From a virus: a stretch of DNA of 64,000 nucleotides. The stretch lies in the IMG/VR virus record IMGVR_UViG_3300045988_090087. One strand, written 5' to 3'. The position numbers and the translations under genes are program-made. The notes under the pieces are model-generated. The model searched no databases. It was not told the origin of the DNA and saw only the letters and a list, made by a program, of their open reading frames with translations. Of the stretch, positions 41,161 through 50,351 are shown one piece after another; positions within the stretch are counted from its first letter, which is position 1, and each line of letters begins with the position of its first letter.

Positions 41161-42700
41161 TGCAACTGATGGCTATAAGCTTGGTCATCATCGTATGTAC
41201 CCAGAGGGTACACAAATGGTCTATAGTAACTGGACTCCTAGAAGTAATCGTTACTTCCCAGAAGCTACAGAAGGTTCTGTAGTATTTGGTATTCAGTACT
41301 TTGTAAAGAAGTATTTGATAGAGGAATTTAACAAATGGTTTGCTCTTCCTAAGGAAGAAGCTATTAAGCAATTTGCTTATCGTGTAGGTAACTTTGTAGA
41401 CCTTAATCAGGTTGGGACAAAGCATATTGAAGAACTTTATGATTTAGGATATCTTCCTATTGAAATTAAAGCTCTTCCTGAAGGTTCTATCTGTCCTATA
41501 AGAGTACCTATGATGACTATTAAGAACACTCTTCCTGATTTCTTCTGGTTGACTAATTACTTGGAAACTTTAATTAGTTGTACTCTATGGCTTCCTTGTA
41601 CTTCTGCAACAAGTGCTCGTCTCTATAAAAAGAGACTTATGGAACATGCTAGAAAGACTGGATTCCCAGAAGATGTAAATCTAGGTTTCTCTTGTCACGA
41701 TTTCTCAATGAGAGGTATGGCAGGACTTGATGCTGCTATTATTTCAGGTATGGCTCATATGACTTCATTCTGTGGTAGTGAAACAATTCCTGCTATTGAA
41801 GCAGTAGAGCATTATTACGATGCAGATGTTACTGAAGAACTTGTAGCTGCAACTGTCCCGGCTTCGGAACATTCAGTAATGTGCGCAGGAGGTGAGGATG
41901 GTGAGATTGAAACATACCGCCGTCTTATTAATGACTTATATCCAACAGGTATTATCTCAATAGTATCTGATACTTGGGATTTTTGGCAGGTAGTTGAGAA
42001 ATTCTTGCCTAAGCTTAAGGCAGATATTATGAAACGTGTTGGTCGAGTAGTAATTCGTCCTGATAGTGGTGACCCAGTGGATATTATTTGTGGTCTTCGT
42101 ACAAATCCTCACTATCATACTGCTATGAAAGAGGGTAAGTACTACTGTGATTTCAATCCATTTATGGATGATGATGAGAGTCATTATGTAGAAGTATCTG
42201 AAGGTCAGTATTATGGAGCATATTATATGCTAGGTAAAATCTTTGGATGGAATACTACTGTAAATGATTATCGTTATCCAAGTACTAAAGTAGGTTTGCT
42301 CTATGGAGATTCTATCACTCTGGAGCGTCAGCGTGATATCTATGCTAGATTGGAAAACGCTCATATGGCAGCTTGTAATCTTGTTCTAGGTATTGGATCT
42401 TATACTTATCAGTTTAAGAGTAGAGATTCTTTGGGTTTCGCAGTTAAAGCGACCGCATGCACCATTAATGGTAAACTTATAGAAATCTATAAGCACCCAA
42501 AGACTGATGATGGAACAAAGAACTCTCTTAAAGGTCTTATAAGAGTTGAAAAAGAGGATGGTAAGTATGTTGCTTATGACCAGCAGACTAAGGATGCAGA
42601 ACTACAAGGTTGTCTTAAAACAGTCTTTGTAGATGGAGAATTAGTAAGAGAATATTCTCTTTCTGAAATTCGTGAACGTGTAAATTCAACATTAGTATGA
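41147..42700 (+). CDS. Nicotinamide phosphoribosyltransferase-family enzyme (NAMPT/NadV, or Namat of NARP1)
   Basis: N-terminal NATDGYKLGHHRMYP...VVFGIQYFVKKYL is the NAMPT signature; length is about 517 aa. Confidence 0.8.
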   Translation: MEIINATDGYKLGHHRMYPEGTQMVYSNWTPRSNRYFPEATEGSVVFGIQYFVKKYLIEEFNKWFALPKEEAIKQFAYRVGNFVDLNQVGTKHIEELYDLGYLPIEIKALPEGSICPIRVPMMTIKNTLPDFFWLTNYLETLISCTLWLPCTSATSARLYKKRLMEHARKTGFPEDVNLGFSCHDFSMRGMAGLDAAIISGMAHMTSFCGSETIPAIEAVEHYYDADVTEELVAATVPASEHSVMCAGGEDGEIETYRRLINDLYPTGIISIVSDTWDFWQVVEKFLPKLKADIMKRVGRVVIRPDSGDPVDIICGLRTNPHYHTAMKEGKYYCDFNPFMDDDESHYVEVSEGQYYGAYYMLGKIFGWNTTVNDYRYPSTKVGLLYGDSITLERQRDIYARLENAHMAACNLVLGIGSYTYQFKSRDSLGFAVKATACTINGKLIEIYKHPKTDDGTKNSLKGLIRVEKEDGKYVAYDQQTKDAELQGCLKTVFVDGELVREYSLSEIRERVNSTLV

Positions 42701-43191
42701 TAAAAATTGTTAGTGGAGATTTACTCCAATCAAATTTACCTCTTATAGCCCATCAAACTAATTGTTTAGGAGTAATGGGGGCTGGTATAGCTAAAGCTAT
42801 TAAAAATAAATGGAATAGCGTATATACACAATATGCTAATTATTGTAAAAATTTTGAATACTCTAAAAATTTATTAGGGAAATGTCAAATATGTGTAACT
42901 GGAGAATTTCCTATTAAATTTGTAGCTAATTTATTTGGAGAATATTCTTTTACTGAATCAGTAGCTCCTTTTGAAAATAGACATACTGATTATAATGCTC
43001 TTAAAAAAGCTTTGTTAAATTTAAAAGCTTTTTGTGAAGACGAAGAAGTAACAGAAGTAGGTATTCCTTATAAATTAGGATGTGGATTAGCAGGAGGAGA
43101 TTGGGATGGAGTAGTTTATCCTATGCTTCAAGAACTTTTTGCTAATGATTCAACAATAACTCTTTATATTTATAAATTATGCAACAATTAA
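42697..43191 (+). CDS. Macro-domain protein (ADP-ribose binding or hydrolase)
   Basis: SGDLL...IAHQTNCLGVMGAGIAKAI...GIPYKLGCGLAGGDW. Confidence 0.7.
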   Translation: MIKIVSGDLLQSNLPLIAHQTNCLGVMGAGIAKAIKNKWNSVYTQYANYCKNFEYSKNLLGKCQICVTGEFPIKFVANLFGEYSFTESVAPFENRHTDYNALKKALLNLKAFCEDEEVTEVGIPYKLGCGLAGGDWDGVVYPMLQELFANDSTITLYIYKLCNN

Positions 43192-43988
43192 ATTTAGTAT
43201 ATCTAGAAGATAGTGATATTAAATATTCTATCTCTAGATTTCCTGATGGGGAAGTCCAAATTTCATTAGAAGAATTTAGTCATAAGGAACAAGTATTAGT
43301 AAAATGTAGAATTACTAATGCTGAAGACTTATTTATACTTATGCAAGTTTTAGATATCCTTGATAGACATGAAGTTCTATATAAAATAAATATCTATTAC
43401 TTAATGAGTATGAGAATGGATCGAGTAATGGTTTTCAATAGACCATTTACTTTAAAAATAGTCTTAAATGTATTAAAAAATTGTAATGCAGAGACTATTG
43501 AAATTTTAGAACCTCATTCTGATGTTTATTATGATCCTAGATTCGGAGTTAAATTCATGCCTCTTTACGCTGAAAAGAATCCATCTAATAATACTTGGAA
43601 AGAATTTCAATTAGTTTTCCCAGATGCTGGAGCTGAGAAGAGAAATGAATTCAGATATAATCGTAAAGCAATTACTTGTAGTAAAGTTCGAGATTTAACT
43701 ACTGGAAGAATCTTAGAGATTAAAATAGACAATCCTGAAATAATTAGTGATAAACCATTATTAATTCTTGATGATTTATGTGATGGTGGAGGCACTTTTT
43801 GTGGTATTGCTAAAGCATTTAATATTTTAGGTGTTCCTAAGGAACGTTTGAATATCGCAGTTACTCATATGGTAAATCCTAAGGGTATAAAGAATCTATC
43901 AGAAAACTTTAATCACGTATGGTTTACTAATTCTTATAAAGACTGGGACAATCTTCCTGAGAATGTTACAATGTTTAAGGTTATCTAA
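43179..43988 (+). CDS. Ribose-phosphate pyrophosphokinase-like enzyme (Prs, or Adps of NARP1)
   Basis: FPDGEVQISLEE...DLFILMQVLDIL...LILDDLCDGGGT (PRTase loop). Confidence 0.7.
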   Translation: MQQLNLVYLEDSDIKYSISRFPDGEVQISLEEFSHKEQVLVKCRITNAEDLFILMQVLDILDRHEVLYKINIYYLMSMRMDRVMVFNRPFTLKIVLNVLKNCNAETIEILEPHSDVYYDPRFGVKFMPLYAEKNPSNNTWKEFQLVFPDAGAEKRNEFRYNRKAITCSKVRDLTTGRILEIKIDNPEIISDKPLLILDDLCDGGGTFCGIAKAFNILGVPKERLNIAVTHMVNPKGIKNLSENFNHVWFTNSYKDWDNLPENVTMFKVI

Positions 43989-44146
43989 TGTATATTTTGG
44001 GACTTATTATAACTATTATTTTGGTAATAATTATAATTGATCCAAGATTAGATATTACAGATAACCAATGTATATTGTGGTATTCAAATTTAGAAGGAGA
44101 ACGTTGTTATTTAATACTTTGGAATAAAAATGATCATTATAAATAA
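43988..44146 (+). CDS. Small membrane protein (52 aa)
   Basis: Hand-translated; TAATG overlap; N-terminal TM segment. Confidence 0.35.
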   Translation: MYILGLIITIILVIIIIDPRLDITDNQCILWYSNLEGERCYLILWNKNDHYK

Positions 44147-44456
44147 AAATGAATTAGACCCTGACTTAATTCATGACATTAATTTAGAGTTAGAAGCATT
44201 ATTTACAAATAATAGAACTTGGGAAATTAGTTCTAGTACTGGAGATTTAGATGATGCTTCAGATATACGAATTGTTATTAAAGGTGAGGGACATTGCTAT
44301 ATTTCCACAATAAGTGATACTGAAGAATACGTCAGAGATTTATTAAATGGTTATAGAAAAGCTCATAGTTTTGATACTTTTTGTATGTCTACAACGTATT
44401 TTGATCCTGAAAAGAACGGAATAGTATTTGAATATGCAGATTACATATCTTTATAA
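44130..44456 (+). CDS. Hypothetical protein
   Basis: ORF track. Confidence 0.55.
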   Translation: MIIINKNELDPDLIHDINLELEALFTNNRTWEISSSTGDLDDASDIRIVIKGEGHCYISTISDTEEYVRDLLNGYRKAHSFDTFCMSTTYFDPEKNGIVFEYADYISL

Positions 44457-44458
44457 CT

Positions 44459-44872
44459 ATGTTACAGATTTATACTGATGGTGCTTATAAATCTTCTATT
44501 GACCAGGGAGGTATTGGAATAGTATGGATGAAGGATGATGAAGTATTTAAAAAATACTCTAAAGGCTTTAAACATACTACTAATAATAAAATGGAATTAA
44601 TTGCTATGCTATGTGCTTTTAAGTCCATTAAAACTCCAATAGATGAAGTAGAATTTATAAGTGACAGTCAATATGTATTAGGATGTCTTACTAAAGGATG
44701 GAAGAAAAAAAAGAATGTAGAGCTCTGGAATATTTTAGATAAAGAATATGAAAGAGTTAAATCTTTAATAAAAAATATTAAATTTACCCATGTTAGGGGA
44801 CATCAAGATTGTTTTGGTAATAATCTAGCGGATGAATTAGCTAGTAATGCTAGTTTAGAATTATTAGAATAA
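44459..44872 (+). CDS. rnhA: Ribonuclease HI
   Basis: YTDGA...NNKMELIA...DSQYV...HVRGHQD..GNNLADELA. Confidence 0.8.
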   Translation: MLQIYTDGAYKSSIDQGGIGIVWMKDDEVFKKYSKGFKHTTNNKMELIAMLCAFKSIKTPIDEVEFISDSQYVLGCLTKGWKKKKNVELWNILDKEYERVKSLIKNIKFTHVRGHQDCFGNNLADELASNASLELLE

Positions 44873-45087
44873 TGTATTTAGTTATATTAATAATAATTGT
44901 TGCAGGTATAACTATTTATATTGGATCTGCATTTGCTGTTATAGACAGATGGACTGAAATTAATGTTCCTACTAATATAATAACAATATTAATATTAGTA
45001 TGTCCAATTATAAATACGTTATTAGCACTGTATTACCTGTATCCTGAATTAACAGAAACTTTAAGTAAAATTTTTAAAAATAATTAA
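44872..45087 (+). CDS. Small membrane protein
   Basis: Two TM segments. Confidence 0.55.
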   Translation: MYLVILIIIVAGITIYIGSAFAVIDRWTEINVPTNIITILILVCPIINTLLALYYLYPELTETLSKIFKNN

Positions 45088-45089
45088 TT

Positions 45090-45269
45090 ATGGCTAAAGA
45101 AATTGTAAAAGCAACAGTGGACACTATTACTATTTATCGTACTACTGGTGGTAAAATTGCGGTAAAACGTAGTGACCGATTAAAACCAAGTAGATATTTC
45201 GATGATATCAAAGATGCTCGTAAGTATGCTGATGAGCACTTTGAAGGTAATGTCTCAGAGTCTCTCTAA
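45090..45269 (+). CDS. Small hypothetical protein (59 aa)
   Basis: Hand-translated; the ATG is 2 nt after the upstream stop. Confidence 0.45.
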   Translation: MAKEIVKATVDTITIYRTTGGKIAVKRSDRLKPSRYFDDIKDARKYADEHFEGNVSESL

Positions 45270-45429
45270 GACATTTTCATTTCTAGAGTGATAAATTGTT
45301 CATGATTCTAAATTTAGAAGTTTGTAGGCTATTCTAGATGTGTCTATGACTAAATTATGGTATTTTACCTAGATAATTTTAATATTACACAGATGATTAA
45401 TTTTCTTTTAATTTTCAATTCTAGTTAAA

Positions 45430-45543
45430 ATGAAGTATAAGGCAAAGCTTGAAAGACTTCGTCAGAAGCAGGTATGGTGGGATAAGCTCCCTCAAACAGT
45501 AAAGAATGCAACAACAAGACCTGGTGGTATTGGATCAAAATAA
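45430..45543 (+). CDS. Small basic protein (37 aa)
   Basis: Hand-translated. Confidence 0.35.
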   Translation: MKYKAKLERLRQKQVWWDKLPQTVKNATTRPGGIGSK

Positions 45544-45546
45544 TCT

Positions 45547-45864
45547 ATGATAATTAAAGAGTCTGATTTTGAATTAAGATCTTCAACAAATGATGAAAGT
45601 TGTCCTCATTGGGATTTATATATTATGAAGACCATTAATGCCAAATCTAAAACTAGAGAGGCTAGAGAGGAACTTACTTTAGCAGGATATGGATTAACCT
45701 TATCTGGAGCTATGGCATCAATTGCTAGATATAGAGTAGCTAAAGCTAATTCTGAAAAGGCTTTTACTATGCAACAATATTTAGATTCCTATACAAAAGA
45801 ACTTCATAGATTATATGATATTGTGGGAGAAACTCCTAACAATACTACTTTGATGGAGGAATGA
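45547..45864 (+). CDS. Hypothetical protein
   Basis: ORF track. Confidence 0.6.
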   Translation: MIIKESDFELRSSTNDESCPHWDLYIMKTINAKSKTREAREELTLAGYGLTLSGAMASIARYRVAKANSEKAFTMQQYLDSYTKELHRLYDIVGETPNNTTLMEE

Positions 45865-46130
45865 TTAAGTCCATTCCTATAACTACTTGGAGAGACGAAC
45901 ATCATAGAGACATTACAGTTTCTAAGATGTTCGTCTATGAACTTACAGCATATGCTCATTATAAAGATAGAGAGGAATTGCTAGGTAGCAAGTTTATATC
46001 TTCAAGTAAACCTCTTAAAGAGAGGGTACAAGTTACTAAAAAAATTGGATACAGAATTATAAAATCCATTGACTTAGTATCAGCTCCTCTAGATTATATT
46101 ATTAATAATTCCAAATTTAAAAAATTATGA
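45861..46130 (+). CDS. Hypothetical protein
   Basis: ORF track; ATGA overlap. Confidence 0.6.
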   Translation: MIKSIPITTWRDEHHRDITVSKMFVYELTAYAHYKDREELLGSKFISSSKPLKERVQVTKKIGYRIIKSIDLVSAPLDYIINNSKFKKL

Positions 46131-46561
46131 CAAACACTAAGCAGAAACTCGTAGATTACAGAGAAGGTAGTTTTGTAGACTTCGAAGGTAAAGATCATTA
46201 TTTTGTAGTATGTGCTGTTCTTAGAGAAAGTACTATATCTGAAAATCCTACTAGAATTCTTAGTTTTGGAGTATCTTTCTGTAATCCGGTAGATAAACAC
46301 AACAATGAACTTGGTAAGAAAATTGCTTATGGTAAAAGTATTAGTGATAGAAATATCAACGTACTATTAGGTAGAGCAGGACTTCTTAATATTGAGACTG
46401 TAAAATATATACTTGATAATGAAGTTAATCACGTAAAACAATATCCTGAGCAGTATAGTGTGGCATATGCTAAAGCTAAAGATAAATATGAAAAAGCTAA
46501 AGAAAAAACTAAAGCTTTAGCTCAAAAAGCAGCTTTATATAATAAGGCAGTAGCAGATTAA
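46127..46561 (+). CDS. Hypothetical protein
   Basis: ORF track. Confidence 0.6.
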   Translation: MTNTKQKLVDYREGSFVDFEGKDHYFVVCAVLRESTISENPTRILSFGVSFCNPVDKHNNELGKKIAYGKSISDRNINVLLGRAGLLNIETVKYILDNEVNHVKQYPEQYSVAYAKAKDKYEKAKEKTKALAQKAALYNKAVAD

Positions 46562-46893
46562 TGAAACTTTTAGATAGATTAATTTTAATATTAATTTTTA
46601 TTACTATTATAGGAGCTACTATCTTTTTATATAAAGGGTTTAAATCTACTACTGTAATGCCTACAGATACCTTAGAAAGAAAAATAGACTCATTAAATAG
46701 TAAGAAAAATTCTATTAAAGTTGATATCAATAAGTGTGATACTGCTATCTACTATAATAAAACTATCTATGTTAAAGAGAAGGACAATATTATTAAGCAG
46801 TCTCCTGATAGCGACATGCAGTTTTTCACAAACTACATTCAAGAAGTCGGGAGAAAACTTCTTATTGACACCGTATCAATTAAAAATAACTAA
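46561..46893 (+). CDS. N-terminally membrane-anchored protein (i-spanin-like topology)
   Basis: TM segment LILILIFITIIGATIFL followed by a soluble domain. Confidence 0.55.
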   Translation: MKLLDRLILILIFITIIGATIFLYKGFKSTTVMPTDTLERKIDSLNSKKNSIKVDINKCDTAIYYNKTIYVKEKDNIIKQSPDSDMQFFTNYIQEVGRKLLIDTVSIKNN

Positions 46894-47134
46894 TCTTATT
46901 TTTAATGAGCATAAATATTTACTAGTAAATGATAGTCTACAAAAAATTCAAATAAATAACTACAAATCTTTAGTAAATACGCTGGATAGTACGCTAACAT
47001 ATAAAAATTATCAAATAAAGATTCAATCTGATAAAAATAATGAATTGTATATACAAAATAAAAAATTATCAAAATTGAATTATTTATTTGGAGGTATAAG
47101 TATATTATCTATAATATGTGCTCTAATACATTAG
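46769..47134 (+). CDS. Lipoprotein encoded in an overlapping frame (o-spanin-like arrangement)
   Basis: MLKRRTILLSSLLIAT-C lipobox; it starts inside 46561..46893 in another frame; C-terminal hydrophobic segment; TAG stop. Confidence 0.45.
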   Translation: MLKRRTILLSSLLIATCSFSQTTFKKSGENFLLTPYQLKITNLIFNEHKYLLVNDSLQKIQINNYKSLVNTLDSTLTYKNYQIKIQSDKNNELYIQNKKLSKLNYLFGGISILSIICALIH

Positions 47135-47283
47135 ATACTTACATAAAGGATACTGACGGTAAGAAATTTAAATTTCCAGATAGAGATTGTAAGAATTGTA
47201 AAAGATATAAATGCTTAGTAAATATGGACATGCTTAAATGTAATTTTGCTAAGTATGGATGCAGAAATTATAATCCTAGATAA
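47116..47283 (+). CDS. Small Cys-rich protein (55 aa)
   Basis: Hand-translated: CKNCKRYKC...CNFAKYGC. Confidence 0.35.
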   Translation: MCSNTLDTYIKDTDGKKFKFPDRDCKNCKRYKCLVNMDMLKCNFAKYGCRNYNPR

Positions 47284-47342
47284 CTAAAATTACTAAAAAT
47301 TGATAAATAATATTTACGCCTTGAAAAAGGATTACCATATTA

Positions 47343-47681
47343 TTGCGGAAATTTATTTATCAATTAATGGTTGTTTATAGTAAATTACTTGAGAAATTTA
47401 ATGATAGCTTAGGCTATGTGATATATGTATTCGAATTGTTAGATAATGAGGATAAGCTTAGAGAAAAGACTAAATACCTTATGTGTACCCAACCTCCTAA
47501 TTGGAGTGCTGCTACTATAAATTATGGTGATATTGGTTATCTCGAAGTGAAGCCTGTAATAGCAGGGATAGATGAATGGTACGATGGAGACACACAACAG
47601 AAATACAGATATAATAATGTCTGGTTTATTAAGTTTGTCCCTCAGAGACCTAAAAACGTAGATGATATAATAATACAATAA
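47343..47681 (+). CDS. Hypothetical protein (non-ATG start; first ATG at 47367)
   Basis: ORF track. Confidence 0.5.
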   Translation: MRKFIYQLMVVYSKLLEKFNDSLGYVIYVFELLDNEDKLREKTKYLMCTQPPNWSAATINYGDIGYLEVKPVIAGIDEWYDGDTQQKYRYNNVWFIKFVPQRPKNVDDIIIQ

Positions 47682-47697
47682 ATAATCTTTAAGATTT

Positions 47698-48684
47698 ATG
47701 ACAACAGTTTTAGGTGATAAACTCAATCAAGCTTTTGAAGCTAAGAATAATGATGTAGAAACATTTCTCTGGAAAGGTTCCAGAAAAATTGTAGATGGTG
47801 AACGCATTCAGTCTTCCATGAAAATGGTAGATATGACTGAAGAAGAATTACGTAAAGCATATAAACATTGTGAATCAATGCTTTATAGTGACAACTATGA
47901 AAATCCTGGACGACGAGTTTTGTTGGAACAGATTGAAGATCAAAGAACTCGCTGTAATGCTGAGTTGTTCTTAATTTGGCTATTGTACCCAGGTGAAGGT
48001 AGTACTAGACAAGGTATTGTAAGAACTAGTTTCTTTAATATGCTCAATCAGCAGATTACTGCTCAGGCAGAACAGTTTGCTAAAGAGAATGCAGAAAGTG
48101 GTGAGGGCGAGACAAATGTTAGTGCTATTGCAGAGACTCTCTTTAAAGAGTGGACTCTTAATGATATTATGAATAGTGATGAAGATTCATTTACCATGTT
48201 TGCTTCATTACCATTGTATATCGTTAGAGAAGCTTGTTTATCTGCTTTAGGTAAATGTGTCCGTAAACACATTACTCTTACATTTATTACTGAGCTTGGA
48301 TTGTGGTTTACACGTTCTGAGTTATTAGAATTAAATAAAAAAGACGAGAATGGTCGTTTAGTAGATAGAATTAAGCAAGTTGCTGAACTTCTAAATATTA
48401 AATTGAGAGACCCTAAGAATCCTGAAGACAGAAAAGGTCTTGTTTTAAAAATTGATGATAGAAAAGGCTTAACTCTAAAAGAGTTTAGCGCAATGCTTAC
48501 CTTCCGTAAGGATAAATATGATAAGCGTTATAATGATCTGACTAAAGTACAATTGGAAACCTTAAGAGATAAAGTTTTACTGCATCTCGAAAATAAGGTT
48601 AGATGGCAAGCTTCAGAGTGGGAGAAGCGTATTAAACAAATCAAAGCAGTAGCTGATTATAATGGCTACAAACTCTCTGATTGA
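47698..48684 (+). CDS. Hypothetical protein (328 aa), upstream of the helicase
   Basis: ORF track. Confidence 0.65.
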   Translation: MTTVLGDKLNQAFEAKNNDVETFLWKGSRKIVDGERIQSSMKMVDMTEEELRKAYKHCESMLYSDNYENPGRRVLLEQIEDQRTRCNAELFLIWLLYPGEGSTRQGIVRTSFFNMLNQQITAQAEQFAKENAESGEGETNVSAIAETLFKEWTLNDIMNSDEDSFTMFASLPLYIVREACLSALGKCVRKHITLTFITELGLWFTRSELLELNKKDENGRLVDRIKQVAELLNIKLRDPKNPEDRKGLVLKIDDRKGLTLKEFSAMLTFRKDKYDKRYNDLTKVQLETLRDKVLLHLENKVRWQASEWEKRIKQIKAVADYNGYKLSD

Positions 48685-48793
48685 AGGAGAACTATTTCAT
48701 AAAATCACTAGAGATGAACGACAAGAAGAGTGTCGTAAAAAATGGATAAAAAATCGTTGTGTGGGGACAATAGTTGCGTCTACTGGCTTTGGT
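48662..48793 (+). CDS. SF2 (DEAH) helicase, exon 1 (ends ...ASTGFG, inside motif I)
   Basis: Motif I is broken after GFG. The rest of the ORF (to 48967) does not resemble a helicase. Confidence 0.6.
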
Positions 48794-49142
48794 ACTGTAA
48801 AAGCGGGTCATATACCTGTTAATTACGATGCCGTTCCGATAGAGGAATCTTCGGAATTATCATCGAGCAAAATCGGTAGAAGCCCTATAGAGGGTAATAC
48901 CGAGGTAATAGAAGAAATTAAAGAATCTTCTACACCGTACAGCATAGAGAATGAAACTAATAAATAGTCTAGTTAATAGCTAGACTATTTTTATTAGAAT
49001 ATAATTTCTCCACGAGTGTTCGATACCCCAACTGAAATAAGTGGGTAAAAATTTATGCGGGACTTACTAGTAATAGTAAGAAGTATAGATAAAAAACTAT
49101 ACGATAACAAAATCGAAATCCAGAATAGGACTAAACTGTATT
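48794..49142 (+). mobile_element. ORF-less intron-like insertion (~349 nt) in the Walker A codons of the helicase; boundaries approximate
   Basis: Removing it restores GGT-AAA-ACA-GTG (GFGKTVLKHF...LIIVPT). Blocks 48996-49005 and 49084-49110 match the AAA+ intron. No G precedes the inferred 3' junction. Confidence 0.5.
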
Positions 49143-50273
49143 AAAACAGTGTTAAAACACTTTCCACAATATCGAGTACTAATAATTGTGCCAACAGAAA
49201 CTTTACAAAAACAATGGTGTGGTCATATAGATTCTAATGGGCTAGGATTAAGTTGTGATGTACAAATAATAAACACTGTAATAAAACATCCTGCCAAATA
49301 TGATCTTTTAGTACTGGATGAAGCGCATAGATATGCAGCTGAGACTTTTGTAAGATTATTTGAAGTAGTAAAATACCAATTTATCTTAGGTCTTACAGCT
49401 ACTTTCGAGCGTCTTGATGGTAGGGATAAAATATTAGCAAAATACTGCCCAGTAATTGATACTATTGATATTAATACTTGTCTTGCAAATGGTTGGGTTA
49501 GTCCATATAAAGAATATCTAGTCTTAGTAAATGTTGATGATTTAGAAGAATATGAAAAAATAAATAAAGAATTCATTTCTCATTTTGAATTCTTCGGATT
49601 CTCTTGGGAGTTAGTTAATAAATTAGCTGGTCCTATGGGTTGGCGAAATAAGCTACTCCTAAGAGATTCTATGTGTAGTGATCCTAATAAAAAGTCTGAA
49701 GTATTACAAAGTATAAATTATCATGCTATCAGATTTTGGTCTACTATGCATGAGAAAAAAGCTTTCATAAATAATCATCCAAAGAAAATTGAAATAGTAA
49801 AGAAAATTATAGAAGCTAGAAAGGATAAAAAAATAATAACTTTTGCTAATAATATTAAAATGGCAGAAAAAATTCCTAATGCTACTGTATATTCTAGTAG
49901 AACTTCTAAGAAAAGAAGTGCTACAGCTATTGAAGATTTTAACTCTGGAAAGGTAACTCTATTATCTACAGTAAAAAAAGCTGATGAAGGACTTGATGTA
50001 AAAGGTCTTTCTGTAGCTATTATATTTGGATTAGATAGTTCAACTACTAGAGCTTGTCAACGGAGAGGAAGATCAATCCGCTTTGAAAAAGGTAAGACAG
50101 CAGAAATATTCAATATAGTATTAAATAGAACTCAAGAAACTAAGTGGTTTTATGATTCTCATAAGGGAGATTCTTTTATAACTATAGACGAATCAGAATT
50201 GGATAAAGTATTACAAGGTAAAGACTTTACCCCAGGTGAAAAGATAGTTCCTAAATTTGATTTTAGATTCTGA
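49143..50273 (+). CDS. SF2 (DEAH) helicase, exon 2
   Basis: LIIVPT (Ia), LVLDEAHRY (II), GLTATFER (III), QRRGRSIR (VI). Confidence 0.75.
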   Translation, partial: KTVLKHFPQYRVLIIVPTETLQKQWCGHIDSNGLGLSCDVQIINTVIKHPAKYDLLVLDEAHRYAAETFVRLFEVVKYQFILGLTATFERLDGRDKILAKYCPVIDTIDINTCLANGWVSPYKEYLVLVNVDDLEEYEKINKEFISHFEFFGFSWELVNKLAGPMGWRNKLLLRDSMCSDPNKKSEVLQSINYHAIRFWSTMHEKKAFINNHPKKIEIVKKIIEARKDKKIITFANNIKMAEKIPNATVYSSRTSKKRSATAIEDFNSGKVTLLSTVKKADEGLDVKGLSVAIIFGLDSSTTRACQRRGRSIRFEKGKTAEIFNIVLNRTQETKWFYDSHKGDSFITIDESELDKVLQGKDFTPGEKIVPKFDFRF

Positions 50274-50351
50274 ATCTATGTATTAATATCGCTCTGAGAA
50301 GAGATTAACTTAATTACAGTATGGAAGACTTTTAATTATCCGAATTACTGT

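Noticed and set aside
48794-48967. The 58 codons that extend helicase exon 1 (TVKAGHIPVNYDAV...) as real coding sequence
   Set aside because: They break the Walker A motif (GFG-TVK instead of GFG-KT) and resemble no helicase sequence. The segment is homologous in part to the other intron, and the open frame is probably a by-product of the higher GC of the structured RNA.
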